DNA of 64,000 nucleotides from an uncultured virus (IMG/VR IMGVR_UViG_3300030376_004364) (lineage: Duplodnaviria > Heunggongvirae > Uroviricota > Caudoviricetes > Crassvirales), in IMG/VR virus record IMGVR_UViG_3300030376_004364; one strand, 5' to 3'. Both the position numbers and the translations under genes were made by a program. The notes below the pieces were generated by a model. That model searched no databases. It was not told where the DNA came from and was given only the letters and a program-made list of their open reading frames with translations. Of the stretch, positions 1 through 7,308 are shown piece after piece; within the stretch, counting starts at the first letter, position 1; each line of letters starts with the position of its first letter.

Positions 1-74
1 ATATAGTTAGTTTAACACAAGCGGAATATGACGCTGGAACACCAGTAGCAACCACTTTATATATAATAACTTAA
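1..74 (+). CDS. 3' end of a tail-fibre-like gene (copy of the C-terminus of 59216..60253)
   Basis: Encodes IVSLTQAEYDAGTPVATTLYIIT*, identical to the end of the 345-aa ORF. Confidence 0.85.
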   Translation, partial: IVSLTQAEYDAGTPVATTLYIIT

Positions 75-75
75 T

Positions 76-444
76 ATGGCTATTTCATTAGGAAGCGGAA
101 GTATAAGTGCTTTAAAACTAGGTTCAACTGCAGTAACCAAAGCATACCTGGGAAGCACTCAAGTTTTTCCTGTAGCTTCAGGAGTTGCAACAGCTACTTT
201 AAGTGTAGCTGGAAATATTAGAACAGGCAACGGTACTTATGCATCAACTCAGTATGCTACCTCTGGAGGTGGCTCAGGAGCTACTTTTGATGTAGTTATA
301 AATAATCGTACTGCAACATCATTTTCAGTAACTGGAGCAGGAACAGGATATGCCGTAGGAGATACAATTACATTACAAGTTGGTTCAGTATCATCAATGT
401 TTCAAAGTCCAAGAGTAGAATTAACAGTAGCAAGCTTAGGATAA
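76..444 (+). CDS. Small Gly/Thr/Ser-rich virion (fibre/spike-associated) protein
   Basis: 122 aa, GxGYxVGDTIT motif, follows the fibre genes; paralog at 60255..60623. Confidence 0.65.
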   Translation: MAISLGSGSISALKLGSTAVTKAYLGSTQVFPVASGVATATLSVAGNIRTGNGTYASTQYATSGGGSGATFDVVINNRTATSFSVTGAGTGYAVGDTITLQVGSVSSMFQSPRVELTVASLG

Positions 445-454
445 ATAAATAAAT

Positions 455-613
455 ATGGCAAAAAAAGGTAGAACAAAAGGAAATAAAATTTGTCCAGCAG
501 GAATAGCGTGGGCAAAAAGAACATTTGATAAGTATCCATCTGCGTATGCAAATATGGCTGCTAGTAAATATTGTAAAGACCCAAACTACGGAAAGGGTAA
601 AAATAAAAAATAA
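455..613 (+). CDS. Small basic protein (52 aa, FDKYPSAYAN motif)
   Basis: Manually translated MAKKGRTKGNKICPAGIAWAKRTFDKYPSAYANMAASKYCKDPNYGKGKNKK; tightly packed with neighbours. Confidence 0.75.
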   Translation: MAKKGRTKGNKICPAGIAWAKRTFDKYPSAYANMAASKYCKDPNYGKGKNKK

Positions 614-615
614 TT

Positions 616-732
616 ATGGATGCAAAAAAATTAAAACAGATTTCTAGTGAATTAAAAAAAGCTTCAGCAATGCATAAAGGTCAGGCTGCAAAGATTGACC
701 GAATGCTTAAATCATTAAAAAATAAAAAATAA
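616..732 (+). CDS. Small basic protein (38 aa)
   Basis: Manually translated MDAKKLKQISSELKKASAMHKGQAAKIDRMLKSLKNKK. Confidence 0.7.
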   Translation: MDAKKLKQISSELKKASAMHKGQAAKIDRMLKSLKNKK

Positions 733-737
733 AAATT

Positions 738-899
738 ATGCCAACAGTAAGTTATAGTTGTCCTGATACAGGCAAAACAATGAAAAAAAGTTTTCCTTAC
801 AATGCAGTAGGAAAAGCTCAAGCACACACATTTGCAAAAACTATGGGTGGGAGCATGAAGAATAATCCAAATAAAAAAATGACTGAATCAGGTTACTAA
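738..899 (+). CDS. Small hypothetical protein (53 aa)
   Basis: MPTVSYSCPDTGKTMKKSFPYNAVGKAQAH...; stop overlaps next ATG (TAATG). Confidence 0.7.
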   Translation: MPTVSYSCPDTGKTMKKSFPYNAVGKAQAHTFAKTMGGSMKNNPNKKMTESGY

Positions 900-1141
900 T
901 GGGTGAGTTAAAAAAATGGCGTGACCAGAAATGGGTTCGTATAGGAACTGACGGAAAGATAAAAGGTCCTTGTGGTACTTCTAAGAATAAAAAAAATCCT
1001 GATAGGTGTCTACCGTTATCTAAAGCTAAATCATTAAGTAAACGACAGCTAGCAGCCACTGCTAGAAAGAAAAAGAAAGCAGGTAAGAAAGGAAAACAAT
1101 TTGTTGCTAATACATCAGCAGCTAAAGTACAAAACGCATAG
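899..1141 (+). CDS. Small Lys-rich protein (LKKWRDQKWV motif)
   Basis: 80-aa ORF coupled to the upstream stop. Confidence 0.75.
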   Translation: MGELKKWRDQKWVRIGTDGKIKGPCGTSKNKKNPDRCLPLSKAKSLSKRQLAATARKKKKAGKKGKQFVANTSAAKVQNA

Positions 1142-1142
1142 T

Positions 1143-1433
1143 ATGGCAGATAAAAGTAAGATGGCTTGCAATAAGCCTAGACGCTCTGATAGAGCAGGTA
1201 AAAAGAAAATGGTAAAAGCATGTGAAGGTGGTAAGGAAAAGCTTATTCACTTTGGAGCTAAAGGATATGGTCATAACTATTCTGCAGCAGCACGCAAAAG
1301 TTTTAAGGCTAGACATAAGTGCGGAACTGCTAAATCTAAACTAACAGCTAGATATTGGGCATGTAAAAATCTATGGGCAGGAAAGGGAGGCTCAACTAAA
1401 TCATCCCCAAAAAATCGTAAAGGAAAATATTAG
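1143..1433 (+). CDS. Small basic protein (HFGAKGY...SFKARH...ARYW motifs)
   Basis: ATG at 1143 directly after the previous stop is more plausible than the 1101 start in the ORF track. Confidence 0.75.
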   Translation: MADKSKMACNKPRRSDRAGKKKMVKACEGGKEKLIHFGAKGYGHNYSAAARKSFKARHKCGTAKSKLTARYWACKNLWAGKGGSTKSSPKNRKGKY

Positions 1434-1441
1434 TATATTTG
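1434..1441 (+). promoter_or_regulatory. Bacteroidota -7 promoter element TATATTTG
   Basis: Intergenic match to TAnnTTTG, but very close to the ATG. Confidence 0.45.
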
Positions 1442-1445
1442 TGGT

Positions 1446-1604
1446 ATGGGAAAATTTAAAACCTTAGTAAAAAAATTAATGTCACAAGGCAAATCAGAAA
1501 CTGCTGCTAAAAAAATTGCATATTCTATTGGCGTAAATAAATACGGAAAAAAAGGAATGGCAAGAAAAGCAGCAGCAGGAGCTAAAAGAGCTAGAAGGAC
1601 ATAA
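1446..1604 (+). CDS. Small basic protein (52 aa)
   Basis: MGKFKTLVKKLMSQGKSETAAKKIAYSIGVNKYGKKGMARKAAAGAKRARRT. Confidence 0.7.
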   Translation: MGKFKTLVKKLMSQGKSETAAKKIAYSIGVNKYGKKGMARKAAAGAKRARRT

Positions 1605-1615
1605 AACTATATATT

Positions 1616-1831
1616 ATGAAACAAGGATACAATTCAAGACTTGATGAGTCTTTAGGAATGAAAAATGGAAAAAAATCTCAGTCTTTAAAAAGCAGACGTG
1701 ATGAATCTAAAGCAATGTCTAAAAAAGATTACGGACATTCGTACGGTGGAGACCATAGCATGAGCTATGAACACAAATGTATAAAAGATGGTAAGGTACA
1801 CGAACATCTAGGTTCTATTATTAGAAAATAA
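1616..1831 (+). CDS. Small basic hypothetical protein
   Basis: 71-aa ORF in the tightly packed cluster. Confidence 0.7.
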   Translation: MKQGYNSRLDESLGMKNGKKSQSLKSRRDESKAMSKKDYGHSYGGDHSMSYEHKCIKDGKVHEHLGSIIRK

Positions 1832-1975
1832 ATGGGTAGAGCTTTTGTAAGGTTAGGACTCTGGATGCAAGGCATCTGGTGTAAATTTCAATGTGCGTGG
1901 AATTGGTTGATAGGTAAACTTATGTTTAATGTTATTCTATGTCCTAATAAAATGTGCACTTGTAAAAATAAATAA
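1832..1975 (+). CDS. Small Cys/Trp-rich protein (47 aa)
   Basis: MGRAFVRLGLWMQGIWCKFQCAWNWLIGKLMFNVILCPNKMCTCKNK fills the gap between neighbours. Confidence 0.6.
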   Translation: MGRAFVRLGLWMQGIWCKFQCAWNWLIGKLMFNVILCPNKMCTCKNK

Positions 1976-1976
1976 A

Positions 1977-2132
1977 ATGAAATCAAAAGGATTAGGTGAT
2001 ACAATAGAAAAAATCACTACAGCAACAGGAATTAAAAAAGTAGTTGATACAGTAAGTAAGGCGACAGGGAGACCTTGCGGATGTAAAGAACGAAGAGATA
2101 GTTTAAATAGAAAATTCCCTTATACAAAATAA
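1977..2132 (+). CDS. Small protein with GLGD...CGC motif
   Basis: MKSKGLGDTIEKITTATGIKK...PCGCKERRDSLN; ATG at 1977 preferred. Confidence 0.7.
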   Translation: MKSKGLGDTIEKITTATGIKKVVDTVSKATGRPCGCKERRDSLNRKFPYTK

Positions 2133-2135
2133 AAG

Positions 2136-2399
2136 ATGGCATATACAAAACTAACAGCCAACAGAGCAGCTCCAGTAACACCAAGTGATACTGATTTAAT
2201 TCCTAACATATCTAATCCAGATGGAATAAATAATGGGTGTGCTTTATACATTGGGTCAGCAGGTTCAGTAAAAGTTCAAACAGCAGGAGGTGATATATTA
2301 ACATTTGTAGGAGCTTATGCAGGACAATTTTTTCCTGTGAATGTAATACAAGTTTTTAATGCAGGAACTACTGCTGGTGATATTGTTGCACTATGGTAA
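2136..2399 (+). CDS. Head-spike base protein, RcGTA Rcc01079-like
   Basis: Pattern VTPSDT...ALYIG..G.V.V...GG...TF....G...PV.V..V...GTTA.DIVALW recognised as typical of this family. Confidence 0.7.
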   Translation: MAYTKLTANRAAPVTPSDTDLIPNISNPDGINNGCALYIGSAGSVKVQTAGGDILTFVGAYAGQFFPVNVIQVFNAGTTAGDIVALW

Positions 2400-2469
2400 A
2401 AGAAACATATATACAAACTAATAGTGCTTTGATGGATATTGAAGTTACTTACGAAATTATCAAAAAATA

Positions 2470-2637
2470 ATGAACACTCAAGATTTGAAAATTTACGCAT
2501 TTAATTTCTTAAGCCTAGCTGTCTCATTTTCTCAAGTTGAGATGGCTCTAAAACTAATTTTATTAATAGCTTCTATAATATATACGGCTCAAAGAATATG
2601 GATTAGTTATAATGAAAGAAGAAAAACTAACAAATAA
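2470..2637 (+). CDS. Putative holin / small membrane protein (55 aa)
   Basis: MNTQDLKIYAFNFLSLAVSFSQVEMALKLILLIASIIYTAQRIWISYNERRKTNK: hydrophobic segments and basic tail, overlaps the endolysin start. Confidence 0.6.
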   Translation: MNTQDLKIYAFNFLSLAVSFSQVEMALKLILLIASIIYTAQRIWISYNERRKTNK

Positions 2638-3007
2638 TTTTAATAAGTCTGAATTTGAATGTAAGTGCGGTTGTGAAATGCCTCAAGATGTTATGTTTGA
2701 AGTACAAAAACTTGCAGCTCAGTTACAAACAATAAGAGATTTTATAAGAAAACCTATAAAGCTTACTAATGCATATAGGTGTGCTAAGCACAATAAAGCA
2801 GTAGGTGGAGTTTCAAATTCACAACATATTTTAGGAAAAGCTGCTGACATCCAAGTTACAGATATTCCTCCTTCTGAAATCTATAAAACTATAGATAATT
2901 TAACTGAGCATGGACATATACTTCAAGGAGGTTTAGGTAAGTATAATACATTTACACATTACGATATACGAAAAACAAAATCTCGCTGGGATAAAACAAT
3001 AGAATAG
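2612..3007 (+). CDS. Peptidase M15-family endolysin
   Basis: NFNKSEFECKCG, AYRC..HN..VGG, SQH..GKAADI and HYD zinc-binding motifs. Confidence 0.88.
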   Translation: MKEEKLTNNFNKSEFECKCGCEMPQDVMFEVQKLAAQLQTIRDFIRKPIKLTNAYRCAKHNKAVGGVSNSQHILGKAADIQVTDIPPSEIYKTIDNLTEHGHILQGGLGKYNTFTHYDIRKTKSRWDKTIE

Positions 3008-3009
3008 TT

Positions 3010-3489
3010 ATGAGCAATAATCCAAAACTAAGAAAAAATGGGGGAGAAGGAACTTTTGTAGGTAATTTACTTCGAACTATAGCCGGAGTAAGTCCGGAAA
3101 TATTAAATATATTAGGGACAGTAACAGGGGTAGAAGGTCTAAATAAATTAGGAGATGCTATACGAGGTAACTCAAGTATATCTCAAACAGATAAGGATTT
3201 ACTTCTTAAAGAACTTGAGAAAGATATTGTAGTAGAACAAGAAATATCAAAGCGTGAAATAGAGATAAGCAAGAGATGGGAGTACGATATGAAGTTCGGA
3301 AGCAGACTAACAAGAAACATACGACCTTTAGTTGTTGCTAACTTTACTATTCTTATAGATATTGTTATTATAACTTCTCAATGGGGAATGCCTTTAGCAG
3401 AGGCATATATACCTTTATTAACTACTATGGGAATTACTGCAATTGGTGGATATTTTACTTTAAGAGAGTACGGTAAGACAAAACAATAG
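3010..3489 (+). CDS. Holin-like membrane protein (3TM-holin type)
   Basis: RWEYDM...LTRNIRPL followed by two hydrophobic helices; next to the endolysin. Confidence 0.65.
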   Translation: MSNNPKLRKNGGEGTFVGNLLRTIAGVSPEILNILGTVTGVEGLNKLGDAIRGNSSISQTDKDLLLKELEKDIVVEQEISKREIEISKRWEYDMKFGSRLTRNIRPLVVANFTILIDIVIITSQWGMPLAEAYIPLLTTMGITAIGGYFTLREYGKTKQ

Positions 3490-3505
3490 ACTTATTTTTT
3501 TTTAC

Positions 3506-3513
3506 TACCTTTG
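3506..3513 (+). promoter_or_regulatory. Bacteroidota -7 promoter element TACCTTTG
   Basis: Intergenic TAnnTTTG about 25 nt upstream of ATG 3538. Confidence 0.65.
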
Positions 3514-3537
3514 CGTTATAACTTTAATTATAATAAA

Positions 3538-3765
3538 ATGAAATCAATTACAAAAAAAGAATTAGAACGTTTACAAGAATTAAACACTAAATTCGGAGGT
3601 TTAAAAAACCAACTAGGAGATTTAGCATTACAAAAAGATGTAGTGCTTAAAGAAATAAATACTGTAAGAACAGACTTTACTTCTTTAGAAAAAAAACTTA
3701 TTAAAAAATACGGAGAAGATTCCGTTATAAATCTCCAGACTGGAGAGATAAAAGAAAAAGAATAG
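3538..3765 (+). CDS. Small coiled-coil hypothetical protein
   Basis: MKSITKKELERLQELN...KYGEDSVINLQTGEI. Confidence 0.7.
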   Translation: MKSITKKELERLQELNTKFGGLKNQLGDLALQKDVVLKEINTVRTDFTSLEKKLIKKYGEDSVINLQTGEIKEKE

Positions 3766-3768
3766 AAG

Positions 3769-6156
3769 ATGGCAAAAATTAGCAATACTTTAGCTTACCC
3801 CAATCAGAATCCAATTAACCCAGAGGATTATTTAATTGGAACAGACGGATTATCAAGTCCGATTGAGTTACAAACTAAAACGTTTACTATAGCTGGTCTT
3901 GCTGATTATATATTAAATACTGTTACCCCTCCTGCTTCATCAGAAACATTTATTGTAAATGGAATGTTTAAAGCAATAGGAAGTAATACAGGTGGTGGAG
4001 TTGGTCCTGAATTTTCAAAAGATTTTTTAGAATGGACATCGGCTGTTACACCTATTACACAAGTTCCTTTATGGAGAGTTCCTGTAACTTTACAATTAAA
4101 ATTAGTTACATGGGCTTGGGTTTCGGATACTGTTATGAATATTCCTGCAGGAGATACAATGACTGTATCTATAGGTACAGTTGCTAATAATGCTATTTCT
4201 AATTTTGCTAACTATTCTAAAAAGGAAGATTTATTTGTTATATCTGACCTTTATGATAAATCATATCCAAGAGGTGAAGTTGATGTTTCTGATTTAGGTA
4301 TTGTTTTAAACGCATTTCAAAATGTTGGTGTAGTATGTGAAGGCAGTCAAAACTCAGGAATAACTCCAACAAATGGAGATATGGAGTTATCATTCTATTT
4401 TGAAAAAACAAACGCTATAGAGCCTGAAGCTCCTGTAACAGTAACTTTAAATCCTTTTAATAATAATATTATAGATAATACTGCAGGTGCACCAAACTAT
4501 ACTTTGTCAGGTAATGAGTTAAATGACACTAAACAAGGACAACCAGGAGTTAGCTATCAGTTTATAACAAACGGACTAGCTAATACAGGATATCAGTTTA
4601 AAGCATCCGCTCCTTTTACTGCGACTAATCCAGGAGGAATATTTACAGTAGATGGAACTGAAACTCAGACATTAACAGGTGAGATAGAGGTAATACCAAT
4701 TATTCCTGTCGGACCAGAATGGACATCTACAGACCCTGTAAATGCAGAAAAATATCCTAACTTGCAACCAAACGACACTTGGACATATAACTGGACAACA
4801 AGTGATGACAATACACCATGTGCAGATTTAGATTATGTTATTACAGTAGATGGGGTAGAGATATTCCCTGCTGCAGGAGCTAGTTGGTTAACTTTTACAG
4901 ATAATGGCGATTGCACAGGAACGCTAACAGGAACGTATCCTGGAGGAAATATTGATGTAGTTATGACAGTAACAGATAATGATGGATTATCAGCAACTCA
5001 AGATTTTACAATCTCAGGATTAACAGTAACAGGAAATACTTTCTTCCAGTTTTGGAATGATACTAGTGGGTCTATGAACAGTACAATAGAGGTGACATCT
5101 CAGATAGCTAGTATGACAGGTATAAAGATAGCTTCTTCATTTACTGCAAGTGGTTCAACTGTAATAAAAACAAGGTCAACTTTCAATGTAGGGCTAGCAA
5201 CCAATTTTGATGCTTCTGTTGGTAGTGGTGTTTTTGGTGCGTTTTTATTAGTTAGAGATGGAATGGAAATAACTGGAACTGGGATACCTGCAGGAACTTT
5301 CGTTGTAACAGGACAAAATAATCCAGAACACTTTGGTTTAGTAAATGCTAATGGTTCTCCTGTAGCACTACCTGCTCAAATAGGAACAGGATTTGAATTA
5401 ACTTTTAATCTAACAGACGCTCTTAAATCTGCTGATTATGCAGACACATCTAATTTAAGAAACTTACTTCAAGATTTCTATGCAACAGGAGGAACTGAAG
5501 CAAGTGGAAATACAGACAGAGCTACTAACGGTAGTGATGACTTTGAGTCTCGTGTATACTGGGGGATGAGTGCTGAAGAAAGACAAATAGGAATGCTTGC
5601 CAATAAAGGTTTTGGAGATACTATAGGACCTGGAGGATATTATCCAGATGCTGACAATGTAGTGATTCTTGCTTTTGGTGATGAATCTGGAGGCGGAGGT
5701 GATAATTATTATATGGATTGTGGTGGAAGCATTTGTTGGGAAAATAGAGAGAATGCTACAAATGCTAATATAGTAGATGATATAGGTGCTGTTAGAAGTT
5801 TTATTTCTACACTTGAAACTGCAGCAGGGACTACTAATATATACAGGTCTAAGTTTTTCCATACACTTTCAGGTATTGGTACTATAGCTCCTTTAGTATC
5901 ACCTAATGGAATGCTAGCCGCAGCAAACTTTACTAACCCTCCAGTTAGTGATAGTTATCCTGCAGGAGACCCAGGTGAGCCACTTAGCATACCTGCTACT
6001 GCATATACTAATGTAACTATGTTGAATGATTACACGACAAGCACTCCACCAAGAATGTATTGGTCAGTAGATTTAGATAATTTCCCTGCAAACCCTGAGC
6101 AGTATTGGTACGACCAAATAAGAGATACTTTAGTGACAATGGGCTTTAATGTATAA
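3769..6156 (+). CDS. Large virion appendage protein with Ig-like segments
   Basis: 795 aa, T/G/N-rich; WLTFTDNGDCTGTLTGT and VTDNDGLSATQDFTI are Ig/cadherin-like; N-terminus resembles that of 56920..57618. Confidence 0.6.
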   Translation: MAKISNTLAYPNQNPINPEDYLIGTDGLSSPIELQTKTFTIAGLADYILNTVTPPASSETFIVNGMFKAIGSNTGGGVGPEFSKDFLEWTSAVTPITQVPLWRVPVTLQLKLVTWAWVSDTVMNIPAGDTMTVSIGTVANNAISNFANYSKKEDLFVISDLYDKSYPRGEVDVSDLGIVLNAFQNVGVVCEGSQNSGITPTNGDMELSFYFEKTNAIEPEAPVTVTLNPFNNNIIDNTAGAPNYTLSGNELNDTKQGQPGVSYQFITNGLANTGYQFKASAPFTATNPGGIFTVDGTETQTLTGEIEVIPIIPVGPEWTSTDPVNAEKYPNLQPNDTWTYNWTTSDDNTPCADLDYVITVDGVEIFPAAGASWLTFTDNGDCTGTLTGTYPGGNIDVVMTVTDNDGLSATQDFTISGLTVTGNTFFQFWNDTSGSMNSTIEVTSQIASMTGIKIASSFTASGSTVIKTRSTFNVGLATNFDASVGSGVFGAFLLVRDGMEITGTGIPAGTFVVTGQNNPEHFGLVNANGSPVALPAQIGTGFELTFNLTDALKSADYADTSNLRNLLQDFYATGGTEASGNTDRATNGSDDFESRVYWGMSAEERQIGMLANKGFGDTIGPGGYYPDADNVVILAFGDESGGGGDNYYMDCGGSICWENRENATNANIVDDIGAVRSFISTLETAAGTTNIYRSKFFHTLSGIGTIAPLVSPNGMLAAANFTNPPVSDSYPAGDPGEPLSIPATAYTNVTMLNDYTTSTPPRMYWSVDLDNFPANPEQYWYDQIRDTLVTMGFNV

Positions 6157-6172
6157 TTAAATTAAATAAATA

Positions 6173-6397
6173 ATGGATATAAGAAAAATATCTGTCGGTC
6201 CTGATTATAAGTCAGGGGCTATGCATTACATAGTAGGACAAGACGTGCTTAGCGGAAGTCATAAGATTCATTTAATCAAATTTGATTCTGAATTAAATTC
6301 CTATAAAATATACATAGAGGACAATGATGTTGTAATTCTTTGGAAGGAGTTTAGCTCGGATATGCCTGTATCCATTGAATATAATATAAATTTTTGA
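6173..6397 (+). CDS. Hypothetical protein
   Basis: 74-aa ORF overlapping the next gene. Confidence 0.7.
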   Translation: MDIRKISVGPDYKSGAMHYIVGQDVLSGSHKIHLIKFDSELNSYKIYIEDNDVVILWKEFSSDMPVSIEYNINF

Positions 6398-6957
6398 AAT
6401 CACCCACAGACTTTATAGTTACCCCAAAAGATAATAAGCGATACGCTAATACTAAAAATATTGGAGGTATAGACTTTCTAGTAAGCTCTTCTGAAGAGGA
6501 TGCTACATACTCTAATAGATATGCAGAGGTAAAATCATTACCTATAAATTACTGTGGTCCTATAGAAATAGGAGACACCCTTCTAGTTCACCATAATGTT
6601 TTTAAATTCTACAACGATATAAAAGGAAGACGTAGAAGCGGAAGAAGTTTTTTAAAAGATAACTTATTTCTAGTTGATTCAGACCAGTTCTTTATGTTTA
6701 AGAAGGGAGATGATTGGTATGCTCATGACAGGTATTGCTATGTTAAACCAATAAAAACAAAAGAATCAATTATATTTAAGAATACAAAAGAAGAACCTCT
6801 AGTTGGCAAAATGATTTATCCAAACACTAAATTAATTAGTCAAGGTGTTTCAAAAGGAGATATTGTATCCTTTAAGCCTGACAGTGAATATGAGTTTGAA
6901 GTCGATGGAGATAAACTTTATAGAATGTATGACCATCAAATTACAATGATATTATGA
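6394..6957 (+). CDS. GroES-like protein, probably two tandem GroES-like folds
   Basis: AEVKSLP...IEIGDTLLVHHNVF and GVSKGDIVSF...EFEVDGDKLYRM resemble GroES beta-barrel motifs. Confidence 0.55.
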   Translation: MKSPTDFIVTPKDNKRYANTKNIGGIDFLVSSSEEDATYSNRYAEVKSLPINYCGPIEIGDTLLVHHNVFKFYNDIKGRRRSGRSFLKDNLFLVDSDQFFMFKKGDDWYAHDRYCYVKPIKTKESIIFKNTKEEPLVGKMIYPNTKLISQGVSKGDIVSFKPDSEYEFEVDGDKLYRMYDHQITMIL

Positions 6958-7029
6958 GTAGAGAGTGGGACTGGATGGATGATGATGAATTTGATAATAT
7001 TCCTTTGAAGAAAGTTAAAAGAATTAAAA

Positions 7030-7308
7030 ATGAAATCAAAAGAAATAAAGTTAAAGATAATAGAAGCAGGGCACAGAGCGGTAGAACAACTAATTAAAGT
7101 TGCAAAAGAAGCGATTATTAAGCATGACCCTGAAGACGACTTGTCTGCAGATAGATTAAAGAATGCTGCAGCAACAAAGAAGCTTGCTATATTCGATGCA
7201 TTTGAAATATTAAGCAGAATAGAAGCAGAACGAGAAGCTCTAGATTTATCTGGTACAAATAAAAAAGTAGATACAAAACAAGGATTTGCAGAACGAAGGT
7301 CAAAATAA
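7030..7308 (+). CDS. Hypothetical helical protein, possible terminase small subunit
   Basis: Position only: overlaps the terL start. Confidence 0.4.
   Translation: MKSKEIKLKIIEAGHRAVEQLIKVAKEAIIKHDPEDDLSADRLKNAAATKKLAIFDAFEILSRIEAEREALDLSGTNKKVDTKQGFAERRSK

Larger units (their letters stand above)
1..449 (+). repeat. Long imperfect direct repeat, copy 1 (copy 2 at 60180-60628)
   Basis: Manual alignment: first ~86 nt identical, about 19 substitutions over ~450 nt; similarity ends just after the stop of the 122-aa ORF. Confidence 0.95.

Noticed and set aside
1..449. Diversity-generating retroelement template/variable repeat pair (1-449 versus 60180-60628, or the two M15 genes)
   Set aside because: Differences are not adenine-specific, many are synonymous, both copies are intact ORFs, and no reverse transcriptase is present.
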